From positions 4,435-68,434 of the forward strand of contig JAPDPQ010000001.1 in the NCBI GenBank assembly GCA_034506395.1: a DNA stretch of 64,000 nt, written 5' to 3'. The stretch comes from Candidatus Zhuqueibacterota bacterium. GTDB lineage: Bacteria > Zhuqueibacterota > Zhuqueibacteria > Thermofontimicrobiales > Thermofontimicrobiaceae. Positions 38,320 through 49,224 of this stretch are shown here, piece by piece; position 1 is the stretch's first letter; each line of letters begins with the position of its first letter. The notes beneath the pieces were generated by a model. That model was not told where the DNA came from, ran no database searches, and saw nothing but the letters and a program-made list of their open reading frames with translations. Position numbers and translations under genes: made by a program.

Positions 38320-39681
38320 TCAACTAAGAGCGCTCAATTGCTTAATCTCCTCAACAAATTGATAAGCCAGTGCATTGGCTTGGTCCATGGTTTTCGCCTC
38401 AGCGTAGATTCGGATAATTGGCTCTGTATTGGACGGTCGAATTTGCACCCAGCGATCGGGCCATAGGATCTTCAAACCGTCCGTCAGATCGAGACGCTGG
38501 TTATTGTATTTATTGGTCATCGTCTTCAATAACTCGCCAATATTCACATCGGCCAATTCAATGCGACTCTTAGCGATCACATATTGCGGCAAAGATCGTT
38601 GCAATTCGCCAATAGAGCCCCCAAATTCAGCCAATTGCTGCAAAGTTAAGGCAATTCCCACTGGTGCATCTCGGCCTAAATGAAGCTCCGGCAAGATAAC
38701 TCCTCCGTTTCCTTCCCCACCGATCACCGCCTTCACTTCCTTCATCTTTTTTGCGACATGAATTTCCCCAACTTTGGTTCGAAACACCTCAGCGCCATAT
38801 TTGGCAGCAATTTCGTCGATCGCCTGGGTGACCGAGACATTGACCGCCACTGGCCCGTGTCTTTTTTGAAGCACATAATTCACAGCTAACGCCAAAGTAT
38901 ACTCCTCGCCCAGGGGATTGCCGTGCTCATCGACAATGGCGAGCCGATCGACATCCGGATCCACTGCAAAGCCCAGATCGGCACCAGTGCGCTTCACTGT
39001 CTGGCATAATTCTTTGAGATTCTCTGGCAATGGTTCTGGTGGATGCGAAAATAACCCAGTTGGATCCTCATTGATAAATATCACATCGCATCCCAGGCGT
39101 TGCAATAATTGGGGTAAAATGGTCCCACCTGCTCCATTCACACAATCTACGACAACCCTAAATTTCCGGGCAGCTATCTTCTCTGGTGAAATCAAATCTA
39201 ATCGCAAAATGGCATCGATATGATGCCGAATAGCGGTGTTATTAAGTTCGATCTTTCCAATTTGATCCCAAGGGACAAAGCGAAATTCTGCTTCGTCGGC
39301 AAGCTGAATGACTTTCTTGCCTTGTATCTCATCGAGGAACATGCCAGAGGCATCGATCAATTTCAACGCGTTCCATTCGATTGGATTATGGCTGGCTGTG
39401 ATGGCAATGCCTCCACGCGCCTTAAAATGCTCCACCGCCAATTCTACCGTTGGCGTTGGGCAAATGCCGATATCAATTACATCGCATCCCATGGCCGTCA
39501 GGCCAGAGAGCACCGCATGCTTGACCATGGGTCCAGTGATTCGGGAGTCTCTTCCTACCACCACCTTTCCTCCACCCAAATAAGCCCCGAATGCCTGGGC
39601 GTATCGGAGGACCACCTCTGGGGTTAACCCATCTCCAACCACGCCTCTTATTCCCGAGATGCTAACCATTAATTTCGCCAC
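38320..39681 (-). CDS. Phosphoglucomutase/phosphomannomutase-family alpha-D-phosphohexomutase (phosphopentomutase candidate)
   Basis: SISGIRGVVG, GIAITASHNP (phosphoserine loop), FAVDPDVDRLAIVDEHG (metal-binding loop), GGEGNGGVILPE (sugar loop); 90 nt downstream of the nucleoside phosphorylase on the same strand. Confidence 0.8.
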   Translation of the reverse strand: MAKLMVSISGIRGVVGDGLTPEVVLRYAQAFGAYLGGGKVVVGRDSRITGPMVKHAVLSGLTAMGCDVIDIGICPTPTVELAVEHFKARGGIAITASHNPIEWNALKLIDASGMFLDEIQGKKVIQLADEAEFRFVPWDQIGKIELNNTAIRHHIDAILRLDLISPEKIAARKFRVVVDCVNGAGGTILPQLLQRLGCDVIFINEDPTGLFSHPPEPLPENLKELCQTVKRTGADLGFAVDPDVDRLAIVDEHGNPLGEEYTLALAVNYVLQKRHGPVAVNVSVTQAIDEIAAKYGAEVFRTKVGEIHVAKKMKEVKAVIGGEGNGGVILPELHLGRDAPVGIALTLQQLAEFGGSIGELQRSLPQYVIAKSRIELADVNIGELLKTMTNKYNNQRLDLTDGLKILWPDRWVQIRPSNTEPIIRIYAEAKTMDQANALAYQFVEEIKQLSALS

Positions 39682-39720
39682 TTCAACCTCCGTTGCAGTT
39701 TGTTATCAGCCAGTGCCATT

Positions 39721-40296
39721 TTAGAACCGATTATAATGAACAATATCGCTTAATCTTCTTTTAGGGACATGCAGAACACCTTGATCGTCCTTCCAATATT
39801 TAATTGAATCTTTCACTTCTTCCACTACTGGCGACTCATCGGGATAGCCCAATGCCACTACCGAGTCGATTTGATAATGCTGGGGGATGTCAAAAACCGA
39901 TCTCAATTGATTCCGATCGATCGATCCCAGCCAGCAAGATCCTACATTTTCTTCCAGGGCTGTCAGGATCATGTTTTCGATAGCCGCGGCTGCGTCCACG
40001 CTGCCGTTCCCCGATTTGATCTGAGTATTGACCAACACCACAATATACGCCACTGGACGTTTTCCTTCAGGGGGATTCCCCGCAGGAGCAATATAACCTG
40101 CCCATTTCAAAGCAGGAAATACCTTGTTCACCATCTCCGGATCATCGACAATAATGAATTCCAATGGCTGCAGATTTGCCCCCGATGGCGCTAATCGTCC
40201 TGCGTTGACTAATTTTTCCAATAGCTCCAAAGAAAGCGGTTCTTGTTTAAACCGGCGAATCGTTCGACGCTTCAGAATTATCTCATAAACGCTCAC
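39721..40296 (-). CDS. Nitroreductase family protein
   Basis: ...ILKRRTIRRFK..P.S.E.L.KLV.AGRLAPSGANLQP.EFIIVDD... Confidence 0.7.
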   Translation of the reverse strand: MSVYEIILKRRTIRRFKQEPLSLELLEKLVNAGRLAPSGANLQPLEFIIVDDPEMVNKVFPALKWAGYIAPAGNPPEGKRPVAYIVVLVNTQIKSGNGSVDAAAAIENMILTALEENVGSCWLGSIDRNQLRSVFDIPQHYQIDSVVALGYPDESPVVEEVKDSIKYWKDDQGVLHVPKRRLSDIVHYNRF

Positions 40297-40739
40297 TTTT
40301 AACTCCTATTGATTGGCAAAAATTAGTAAATGATATAAACGAATATCAACGCTATCTGAGACGGGCCAAAATCAATTGCAAGGATAATTCAACCCGGATC
40401 AGTATTCTCCGAGCCGCCTTTCTTTTTTGCCGGATATAAGCATAGATTTTCGCCTGGATTCCTGCATTCGCAGAAATGACATCATGTTATCTGAATTCGA
40501 TTTTTATATTAGAAACAAATTAGTGTCTGAACGAAAACTTACCTCTCTGTCATTTCGATTGCAGGGCGAAATCTTCAAAAGAATCTCAAAGTAGTAAGAT
40601 TCCTCCCTTCGTTCGCAATGACATTTTTAATTCAAATTTAATGGTTTTCATTCAGGCATTGATTAATTTGACATTGAAAATTTTGCCGCAGCAAAATATA
40701 TTGAAAATTTGGTCGAAAATCAATAGTAAATTTGAACCT

Positions 40740-41669
40740 CTATTCTGAGTGAAACCGATCGATTAATAGCCCATGCCGCACTCCCCTATCGCTAATGATC
40801 ACTGACTTGCTCTGCATCTGTTTCATTATCGCCGAGACAATCATCCCACCAGCCAGAATCACATCCGCCCGATCAGCAGGCAGTCCAGGCATCCGCTTGC
40901 GTTCGGCAATGGTTTTTGATTTCAATGCGCTCACTAGCGTAGTGACGTCGTGATATGAAAGCTGCAATCCATGAATCAGATTTGCTTGATAACGACGCAA
41001 TTGGTGCTGCATTGCGCCCAGGGTGGTCATCGTTGCACCGACACCCACCAGAACGCTGATTGGCCCGGACCATGGAATCGCTTGGAATGCTGCTTTGATA
41101 GATCGATCAGCCAATTGAACTTCCTCATCGGTCACAGGATCTGAGATCAAAATTTGCTCCGTCAACCGCACCACACCGATATTCAAGCTGATCTTACCTA
41201 ATAGTTGCCGATCCTGGCTGAGAATGAATTCGGTGCTCCCGCCGCCCACATCGAAGATAAGCCACCGTGCTTTCGGGACAGGCAAACTGGAAATAACCGC
41301 CAGCCAAGAGAGGCGCGCTTCCTCTTCACCATCGATGATTTGGATGTTCAAATTAGCTTCTCTGCGCAACCGCTCAACGAAATCTTGTGCATTAGCAGCA
41401 GTGCGCAGCGCCATCGTACCGACTGCCAGAATGTGATCCACTTGTTGCTCTCGGGCAATGCCCAGAAACTTCTGAATTGCAGCGATGCTGCGTTCCATTG
41501 CAGCAGTATTGAGAAGACCGCTGCTATGCAATCCTTGCCCCAATCGTGTTACCTGAGAGGTATCCAGCACCGTTTCCCAATCTCCGTGGGCATTCTTTTC
41601 GGCAATCAGAAATTTTATCGCGTTGGTCCCAATATCGAGAACCGCTGCTCTTCGGATCTCCAAAGCCAT
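40740..41669 (-). CDS. Ppx/GppA family phosphatase (exopolyphosphatase/pppGpp phosphohydrolase)
   Basis: AAVLDIGTNAIKFLIAE...LAVGTMALRTAANAQDFVERLRRE..L.IQIIDGEEEARLS.LAV...FDVGGGSTEF. Confidence 0.8.
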   Translation of the reverse strand: MALEIRRAAVLDIGTNAIKFLIAEKNAHGDWETVLDTSQVTRLGQGLHSSGLLNTAAMERSIAAIQKFLGIAREQQVDHILAVGTMALRTAANAQDFVERLRREANLNIQIIDGEEEARLSWLAVISSLPVPKARWLIFDVGGGSTEFILSQDRQLLGKISLNIGVVRLTEQILISDPVTDEEVQLADRSIKAAFQAIPWSGPISVLVGVGATMTTLGAMQHQLRRYQANLIHGLQLSYHDVTTLVSALKSKTIAERKRMPGLPADRADVILAGGMIVSAIMKQMQSKSVIISDRGVRHGLLIDRFHSE

Positions 41670-41733
41670 GTTCCTCTCAACGAATTAATTCCACCGTTTC
41701 TCTCTGATCACTGATCACTAAAACCCCTTTCAT

Positions 41734-43947
41734 CTATTCCTCCCCAATTTCTTTTCCCAGAAAATTGCGAAACCAGAATTGAACATTCTCTCGCGTAGAA
41801 TGATTTCGCTTTGTCCCGCCAACACCATGTCGAGCATTTGGATAGAGCATCAATTCAAAATCTTTATCAAGGTCCTGAAGTTTGCTGATAAGCTGAATGG
41901 TATTTTGCATGTGAACGTTATCATCCATGGTCCCGTGTGTGATCAAAAGATGTCCTTTGTATTTATCGGCGTGAGTGAGCACTGAACCAAATTCGTAGCC
42001 CTGAGGATTTTCGTCAGGCCGGTCCATGTAGCGTTCCGTATAAACGCTATCGTACAATCGCCAATCGACCACAGAATATTCGGCAATTCCATGGGTGAAG
42101 TAGTCCGCACCATAGGTCAACGCCATGCATGTGGTGTAACCGCCATAGCTTCCCCCGGCGATACCGATACGATTGGGATCAATAAAAGGCTGGCTGCGCA
42201 ACCATTTTGCCGCCTCGATGAGATCATTCATCTCCCATTTCCCCAGATTGCGATGCATCAGCGCCACTCCTTTTTTTCCGAAATGACCTGAGCCACGATG
42301 ATCGACGCTGATCATGATGATGCCATGTTGCGCAAAATAGTGCCATCTCAACGATGGGAACGAATTCGACACAGTAGCGGCGGCCGGACCGCCATAGATC
42401 TGAAACAGAACTGGGTAACGCTGAGAAGGATCGAAATTCGGTGGCAAGACCCAAATAGCGGGTAAATCATAGCCATCGCCGGATGGGATGCTAAATAATT
42501 CCACCTTGCCCAGATCATATTCGTCAAGTAGAGGTGTCCTTTCGGTCCCGAGCGTACGGATGATTTTTCCTTCGGTATCGCAGAGATCGAGTTGGCTCGG
42601 ATGATGAATACTTTGATGCCGATCGATAAAATATTTTCCGCCCGGCGCAACTTGGCATCGGTGGCTGCCAGGGGTTTTTGTGAGTCGCTTCAAATTTTTA
42701 CCTTTTAAATCGACGACATAAAGATGGTTTTCGGTGGAGCGCTCTTTTGACCCATGGAAATAGACTAGATCATTCGCCTCGTCCACCAGCGCTATATCAT
42801 TCACATTCCACTCACCGCTGGTCAGCCGCTGTTTCAATTGACCATCCAAGTCGTGATAATAAAGATGTGCCCAACCGTCTTTATTCGAGCGAAGCAACAT
42901 CCCTCTGCCGTCTTTGAATAAATAGAGATCCTCAAAAAACTCAACCCAGCTATCCTGATGCTCTTGATAAATCAGCTTGATTTGACCGGTATTGGGATCA
43001 GCCGAGTAGATAATCAATTGATCCTGCCCACGATTCATCCATTGAAACAATAATTGTTTGCTATCTGGCGTCCAAAACGGCCAGGCCACATAGTGATCCG
43101 CCCGCTCATCGAGATCGACCCAGACCAGCTTGTTCTGATCGAGATGATAAATTCCCAGCCGGACATAAGGATTTGGATCGCCTGCTTTGGGATAGCGAGT
43201 GATCTCAAGTTCGCCATGCACACCATCAGCCCGATAGAGCGGGAAAGTCGGTACAGGGCTATCATCGAATCGCAGGAACGCGATCATGTTGCTATTCGGC
43301 GCCCACCAGAATGCTGCATAGCGCGAGGCTCGGCCTAAGATCTCTTCATAATACACCCAAGAGGCATAACCATTGTAGACCGTCTCGGACCCATCACAGG
43401 TCAGTTGGCGCTCAAGCCCGCTCTCCAGGTCCAATGCGTAAAGGTTATTTTGTCGCGTATAGGCAACATAGCGCCCGTTGGGCGAAAACTTCCCATTTTT
43501 CTCTGGAGCTGGTGTGGCAGTGATCTGTCTGAAGATTCGTTTCAAAGGAGAATAATAATAAAGATCATTTTCAGAGTTGAAGAGAAAACCGCTGTAATCC
43601 TCCAAACGATCTTCAAAGCTTTGCAACGAAAATCCCTCTGACAGGAGATCCTTGTGCTTCTCCTCGTCAAAATAAATCGATGACTCTCCAGTGCGGGCAT
43701 TGACTCGCAGCACCTTCCGAGTCGCTTTTGGACCTGTTCCAACTATTTGCCACTCCAGGTAATGTTTCTCATCCAGCCATCCAACGATCATGGGCAAATT
43801 TCCCAACAATTTTGGCTCAGCTCCTTTGAACACCTGGTTGAACGTGAGTCGCTTTTTTTGTGCCCAATTGTCCGAATAGGTCATTCCAAGTAATGAAAAA
43901 GTAACGAGCCAGAAAATAATCTTACCAAATCTCCCTTCCATGGTCAC
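41734..43947 (-). CDS. S9 family peptidase (dipeptidyl-peptidase IV-like, secreted)
   Basis: N-terminal signal peptide, beta-propeller region, C-terminal alpha/beta hydrolase with Ser nucleophile motif IGIAGGSYGGYTT, plus ...DDNVH.... Confidence 0.8.
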   Translation of the reverse strand: MTMEGRFGKIIFWLVTFSLLGMTYSDNWAQKKRLTFNQVFKGAEPKLLGNLPMIVGWLDEKHYLEWQIVGTGPKATRKVLRVNARTGESSIYFDEEKHKDLLSEGFSLQSFEDRLEDYSGFLFNSENDLYYYSPLKRIFRQITATPAPEKNGKFSPNGRYVAYTRQNNLYALDLESGLERQLTCDGSETVYNGYASWVYYEEILGRASRYAAFWWAPNSNMIAFLRFDDSPVPTFPLYRADGVHGELEITRYPKAGDPNPYVRLGIYHLDQNKLVWVDLDERADHYVAWPFWTPDSKQLLFQWMNRGQDQLIIYSADPNTGQIKLIYQEHQDSWVEFFEDLYLFKDGRGMLLRSNKDGWAHLYYHDLDGQLKQRLTSGEWNVNDIALVDEANDLVYFHGSKERSTENHLYVVDLKGKNLKRLTKTPGSHRCQVAPGGKYFIDRHQSIHHPSQLDLCDTEGKIIRTLGTERTPLLDEYDLGKVELFSIPSGDGYDLPAIWVLPPNFDPSQRYPVLFQIYGGPAAATVSNSFPSLRWHYFAQHGIIMISVDHRGSGHFGKKGVALMHRNLGKWEMNDLIEAAKWLRSQPFIDPNRIGIAGGSYGGYTTCMALTYGADYFTHGIAEYSVVDWRLYDSVYTERYMDRPDENPQGYEFGSVLTHADKYKGHLLITHGTMDDNVHMQNTIQLISKLQDLDKDFELMLYPNARHGVGGTKRNHSTRENVQFWFRNFLGKEIGEE

Positions 43948-44257
43948 CTCTTTGAATTTCGATCAAAATTAATATCGGCAAATATAAGTGGAACTTTGCT
44001 AGGCCTAATTCTTTCGATTGGCCTAATAATAACGAAAATTATTTTTAATTTCAAGCATAAAATCCCTCATCAGAAAAAAGATCACGAAATGGAATTTCAT
44101 AATTAGATGTCGTTTCTCAGTCACTTAATTAAAAAAAATCGAATGGAGGATTTCAACAATTGATCTTCATCGAACCTTATTCTTGCTTTTTTAAATTTAT
44201 TTTTGTACATTTGCCATCGCTTTAAAATTGTGGTTGATCATTTCTATACGGATTGAT

Positions 44258-44761
44258 GGAATGAAGCTGAATCGACTGAAAGTTGCACTATTGTTCACAT
44301 TGGTGATACTTTGCACTGGATGCGACCTGACAACCAAATGGTTGGCTGCTCAACATCTCCAATGGGCCAATCCCGTGACCATTATTCCCAATTTGATCGA
44401 ACTTCGCTATACGGAAAATGAGGCCATTGCGTTCAGTATGTTGCGTTCGATCGATTCTGGGACGCGGAGGTGGATCATCTATTCGCTGTCCACTTTTGCG
44501 TTGATCTTCCTTGTGCTGATGATTTGGGAGGTACGAAAAGATTCATTCCTGGGATTGACAGCGTTGATGCTGATTCTCTCGGGTGCAATTGGCAATCTGA
44601 CCGAACGGATCTTCCGCGGCTATGTGATCGACTTCATTCACCTCCATTATTATGATCGGTTCAGCTGGCCAATCTTCAACGTTGCGGACATTCTGATCAC
44701 CTGCGGCGGAATTCTATTGGCAATCCTGATGCTCCGCAGAAAGAAAAAACATACTGAATAA
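44258..44761 (+). CDS. lspA: Lipoprotein signal peptidase (signal peptidase II)
   Basis: Four transmembrane helices with conserved LspA motifs (NLIELRYTENEAIAFSML and FNVADILITCGGILL); start at internal ATG 44258. Confidence 0.8.
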   Translation, partial: GMKLNRLKVALLFTLVILCTGCDLTTKWLAAQHLQWANPVTIIPNLIELRYTENEAIAFSMLRSIDSGTRRWIIYSLSTFALIFLVLMIWEVRKDSFLGLTALMLILSGAIGNLTERIFRGYVIDFIHLHYYDRFSWPIFNVADILITCGGILLAILMLRRKKKHTE

Positions 44762-44944
44762 TTTGGCCACTATCAATTGGATGAAACAATATAATAATCG
44801 GCACGCCATTGCTGCCGCCAATTTGATGTCATTATTAAAATGATTTTTTATCGTTTTTTGAAACGATCTTTCCCCTCCAAAATCGCTCTATGCATCCTTT
44901 TCGCGCGATTCGAGCGGTGAACTCATGATCATTTCATCTCGATA

Positions 44945-45769
44945 ATGCAAATGGGGCATAGGGGGATCAATCAAATTCATTTGTGTAAACCATGGTTTCT
45001 TCGTGAAGAGGCAATGATGATGGATTTCAGCGTTGTTCCCACAGCACCAATTGATGTCGATCAACTAAAAGCTCAATTGATAAACTTATGCGACCAATTC
45101 AATATTACCCGATTTGAACCGGATGACATCGTTGAACTCATTGAAGATGGAGAGACTGTCGACTGGATTATCAGTCAATTGCGATTGGATAATGCGGAAC
45201 TGGATGGGGCGCAATTCGAATCAGTACTAAATGGGCTGGCATCGGTCCTTGCCCCTCCAAAAGAAGCGGAATTGATCGAGGAAGCGGGGGTTGAGGCTGG
45301 TGAGGAACAGCCTGAAGTCGGCGAGGTGGAAGAAACGGAGGCAGCAGAGGCGATCCCAAGCATTGATCTTTCGCAGCTTGATCTCGGACAATTGGCCCCT
45401 CAGCTGGAAGAGTTGATGGGCGCGAAGTTGCCTCCTGGGATTAATTTGAAACAGATCCAAAAAATGATGGCCTCTCCTCAGGGCGCTTTTTTGGCCGATT
45501 TCGGATTGTTCTGTCAGGAGCAGGGGTTCGATATGAACGCCATATCGGATCCAAAGCAGCTTGAGGCATTGAATGAGCAATGGATGGCAACACCGAGACC
45601 AGCCTTTGAAGGCAAAACTCCTGCCGAAGTCGCCCGAGAAAACCCAACGCTTTATTCGTTTAAAAAAGTGGAAACATACCGCCGAACCGAACCGCGCATT
45701 GGCAGAAACGACCCTTGCCCCTGCGGTAGTGGGAAAAAGTACAAAAAATGTTGTGGGAAAGGGAAATGA
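44945..45769 (+). CDS. SEC-C metal-binding motif protein (hypothetical)
   Basis: Acidic low-complexity middle region and a C-terminal [22 protein letters not shown] motif; true start probably internal (MMMDFSVV). Confidence 0.5.
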   Translation: MQMGHRGINQIHLCKPWFLREEAMMMDFSVVPTAPIDVDQLKAQLINLCDQFNITRFEPDDIVELIEDGETVDWIISQLRLDNAELDGAQFESVLNGLASVLAPPKEAELIEEAGVEAGEEQPEVGEVEETEAAEAIPSIDLSQLDLGQLAPQLEELMGAKLPPGINLKQIQKMMASPQGAFLADFGLFCQEQGFDMNAISDPKQLEALNEQWMATPRPAFEGKTPAEVARENPTLYSFKKVETYRRTEPRIGRNDPCPCGSGKKYKKCCGKGK

Positions 45770-45896
45770 CGAATTGAAACTTTTCAGATATCATAAATCA
45801 CAAATCCCTTAGCAGCAGGCGACGATGATTTTTAGGGAAAAAATGCTGGAAATTGAATCAAGATAGGCCATAAATTATCACAAATCCCTTCTCTCC

Positions 45897-46496
45897 ATGC
45901 CAGGGCATCAGTTATGGTCAAAGTTTATTGTGCTTCTTTATATCGCTATGAAATTATCAGAGTCCGAAAGCACCTTGTTTTTTAATTTGTACCATCCTTT
46001 GCTGCTGTTTGCAAATCAGCAATACCCAGTGATCAACGACGTGTTTACTGTGGATGGGTTGCGAAAAAAGTCTTCCGAGCAGTTGAGCGCGCTGCGACAG
46101 GTGCTCTACCAGTATCCAATTTTATTCGATCAGTTCGTTGCTGCGAATCCATTTCATTTTTTACCGCATGAACTGGAACTCATCAAAAGCTGGCAACGTT
46201 GGATCGTTGGGCGTTTTTTTATTTTCAGGGAGACCAATTATTACACCATTTTTCTTTCGAACATTCGGCCAATCCGAGCTTACGCGGTTCTGGCGCTCAA
46301 CTCCCGATTCTCTGAAATCTTTGCTGCCTCTTTGCCCGTTTATGTTGAAACAGCTCTATTGCCCTTTCGCGACAAAATAATCGCTGATGGAATCTTCAGC
46401 TATTTTCGATTGCAATTCAGCCATGGCTTCATCCGTAAATTGCATCAATCCTATATGGAGGCGATTGATCACGAAGGCATCATCACATCACTTTAA
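45897..46496 (+). CDS. Hypothetical protein
   Basis: 199-aa ORF with no recognisable motif; coding potential moderate. Confidence 0.3.
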   Translation: MPGHQLWSKFIVLLYIAMKLSESESTLFFNLYHPLLLFANQQYPVINDVFTVDGLRKKSSEQLSALRQVLYQYPILFDQFVAANPFHFLPHELELIKSWQRWIVGRFFIFRETNYYTIFLSNIRPIRAYAVLALNSRFSEIFAASLPVYVETALLPFRDKIIADGIFSYFRLQFSHGFIRKLHQSYMEAIDHEGIITSL

Positions 46497-46752
46497 TCCT
46501 TTAGATCATTTTGGGATCGAGTTTTCAAATCCAAAGTAGATTCGACCTTCATTCCAAAAATTTCATACCGCTTACTTCGCAGCACACCCTTAGCTGTGAT
46601 CGAAATCGATCGTTTAATATCTGGTAGTGCCAATTTCATGCGGTCATTAGCTTTTCATTTCATCATTTCTTGCTATTTTAGCATTCAGCGGCGAGACCAT
46701 TCTCCGATGACCCTTGCTCAGCCACAAGCTGCGTTTGTTGTCGGTTTGCAAT

Positions 46753-47757
46753 TTAGATCATGTTTAGGGTTTTGAGGAGAAAGATGCCCAAGGAGATAGT
46801 AATGATCGATCCAAGGGTGGTCATGACGATGATGTTGCCGGCCAATTCGCTATTGCAGCCCATTGCTTCCGCCATAACAAAGCTGACGATGGCGGAGGGG
46901 GTGGCGAACAAGAGAAATACCACCCCCAGGTCCTGACCAGAAAGACCCAATCGAAAGCCCAGCACTGCGATGGTTGCAGGGATAATGACGATTTTCAAAA
47001 TGGTAGCGACCGCCGCCAATCGCGCATCTTTTTTGATTTGCTCAAAATCCAATGAACCGCCGATCCCGAGCAGCGCCAGGGGCAATGTAATAGCCGCCAG
47101 GCTATTGATGGTTGTGATCAAAAACTGAGGTAACTCGATGTCGAAATACGAAAATGGCAGGGCGATGATGGTCGCAAGGATAAGTGGGTTGGTGAAAATT
47201 TCGGACAACATCTGCTGGAGCGTCAACTGTTTGTCGGCCCGGATCGGTACCGTCAATGCGATGATTGCCAGAATGTTATAGAGTGGCATGACGAACGCCA
47301 ACAAAATGGCCGCCTTACTCAGCGCTGCCGGACCAAACATGTTAGCGATCAGGGCAAAACCGATAATTGCAAAATTGCTGCGAAAACTGCCTTGAATAAA
47401 TGAAGCGCGATCCCGACCATTATTTGACAACCCCAGAGAGATCAGCCAGCTCAATGCAAAAAAAAAGAGCACACTGAGATAAACAAACAGGATCAGCTTT
47501 AGGCTGAAAGTCATTTTCAAATCGGTGCGCGAAAGGCTCTCGAATACCAGTGCTGGGGCGGCAACGGTGAACACGATTTTCGAAGAGATGCTCACAAAAT
47601 TGCCATTGATTAACCCCTTTTTCTTCAATCCATATCCCAAAAAAATAATCAAGAATACCGGGGCCACCCCATTGAATGAGAAAATCAGATTTTGCATCGA
47701 AGGTTCTCTATTTCTCTCAAGGATTTTCATCGCGACAGATCGGTTGAAAATCCTCAT
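46753..47757 (-). CDS. AEC (auxin efflux carrier) family transporter
   Basis: About 10 transmembrane segments arranged as two repeats; N-terminus MQNLIFSFNGVAPVFLIIFLGYGLKK typical of AEC/malate-permease proteins. Confidence 0.65.
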   Translation of the reverse strand: MRIFNRSVAMKILERNREPSMQNLIFSFNGVAPVFLIIFLGYGLKKKGLINGNFVSISSKIVFTVAAPALVFESLSRTDLKMTFSLKLILFVYLSVLFFFALSWLISLGLSNNGRDRASFIQGSFRSNFAIIGFALIANMFGPAALSKAAILLAFVMPLYNILAIIALTVPIRADKQLTLQQMLSEIFTNPLILATIIALPFSYFDIELPQFLITTINSLAAITLPLALLGIGGSLDFEQIKKDARLAAVATILKIVIIPATIAVLGFRLGLSGQDLGVVFLLFATPSAIVSFVMAEAMGCNSELAGNIIVMTTLGSIITISLGIFLLKTLNMI

Positions 47758-48833
47758 TGTAAAATATTCTGTTTTTGCTCCAAATAATAAATATAATTCT
47801 CGAAAGAGACATCGGAGGGCACACGATGATCGACCATCGGGATATAGCCTCCCTGGTCTACCAGCGGAGCAATTCGCTCCAGCTCCCGATCGATGGCTTC
47901 TTTGCCTTTGATCAATGCTGTTTTATCCACACCGCCCATTAATAATATCGCATTGCCATATCGCTGTCGCAGCAGAACCGGATCGGTATGGAGCGCCTCG
48001 ATCGGAAACATGCAATTGATCCCTGCCTCCAACCAACCAGGCACTAACTCATATATACAGCCATCGCAGTCAAGCACATTAATATCGACGCCATATTTTT
48101 GCAGCGCTGCCGTAACCCGTTTATAGCGTGGCACCATCAGTTCCTGAAACAGCTTGGGCGAAATCAACGGCCCGCGATTATAACACATATCCTCCCACCA
48201 CCAGGCCATATCGACTCGAATTCCTGGGAGACTTTGCTCGATCAGCTGCAGTGTCAATTGGGTCAGATGCTCCATCATCTCTTCCACCCAGTCGCGATCA
48301 GTCATGATCGCAATAGACAGGTTTTCCATCCCCATCCAGTTTCGGAGAACGCCATAAAGGGAGCCGGCATCGAATCGGATTGGCATCCCGATCGCATGAG
48401 CTTCCACCACGGCTGCTCGAACATCTCCGATTCGCTCAGCGAAATTCGGATCGAGATGCTCAGTTCGATAGCGTTCCCAATCTTCCCGGGTCTCAATACC
48501 GAATTTCAGATAGCGAGGGATGGTCTCACCAAATTTTGGTGACTGACAGATGATCCCTTCTTCATTTTGATAGACCCTGTAGTCGGCTCCTTCCTCTAAT
48601 ACACGGTAGTCGAACCGCGGACAAAGGCCATTTTTAGCAGGTAGCCAGGGGATAATCTCTACGCCCTCCAACCCCAAATATCGTTCGACATCTTGGTTCG
48701 TTTTCACATGAACTGGCAGACCTTGCGTATGCCATTTCTCGATCGTCTCATCCCAATAGCCGAATTCCATATTAGGAACGCGATCTGGCTTTTGCCAGTG
48801 CATCACTCTATAAAAACGTTCTTGGGTCGTCAT
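47754..48833 (-). CDS. Uroporphyrinogen decarboxylase (URO-D)-family protein (methyltransferase/decarboxylase fold)
   Basis: 359 aa; overall pattern resembles URO-D/MtaA-like proteins (RFYRVMHWQKPDRVP...). Substrate unknown. Confidence 0.6.
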   Translation of the reverse strand: MTTQERFYRVMHWQKPDRVPNMEFGYWDETIEKWHTQGLPVHVKTNQDVERYLGLEGVEIIPWLPAKNGLCPRFDYRVLEEGADYRVYQNEEGIICQSPKFGETIPRYLKFGIETREDWERYRTEHLDPNFAERIGDVRAAVVEAHAIGMPIRFDAGSLYGVLRNWMGMENLSIAIMTDRDWVEEMMEHLTQLTLQLIEQSLPGIRVDMAWWWEDMCYNRGPLISPKLFQELMVPRYKRVTAALQKYGVDINVLDCDGCIYELVPGWLEAGINCMFPIEALHTDPVLLRQRYGNAILLMGGVDKTALIKGKEAIDRELERIAPLVDQGGYIPMVDHRVPSDVSFENYIYYLEQKQNILQ

Positions 48834-49224
48834 TTTCGTCTCCAGTCATTGGTTTGACTTTAGCCGTCTGCAAGATTCCAAAATGCTACCCTGGGAATGT
48901 AGACACATCTGAATTTGCCGTTCAAAAAAATTAACGATGATCTTGCATTCGGAGCAATGTTTGGATCGATTTGAATCGCTTAATATAGTGCTCTCGCCCT
49001 AAAATAGCAAGCAAAACTTTCTGTTTGATCCAAGCCATATGAGACAAAAGTTTTCCTTGAAATTTTGGTTTTTTTTCTTAAATTGAATCTATAAGCATAT
49101 CGATCTCGATAAACTGCTCTCCATTTTTATGATGAGCAGAACTTTTTGCAATCTCAAGGAATGATAGATCGAAATATTAGGATTGGAGCAATAGAACGAA
49201 TCGTCAAAATAGGAGCGAATATCA

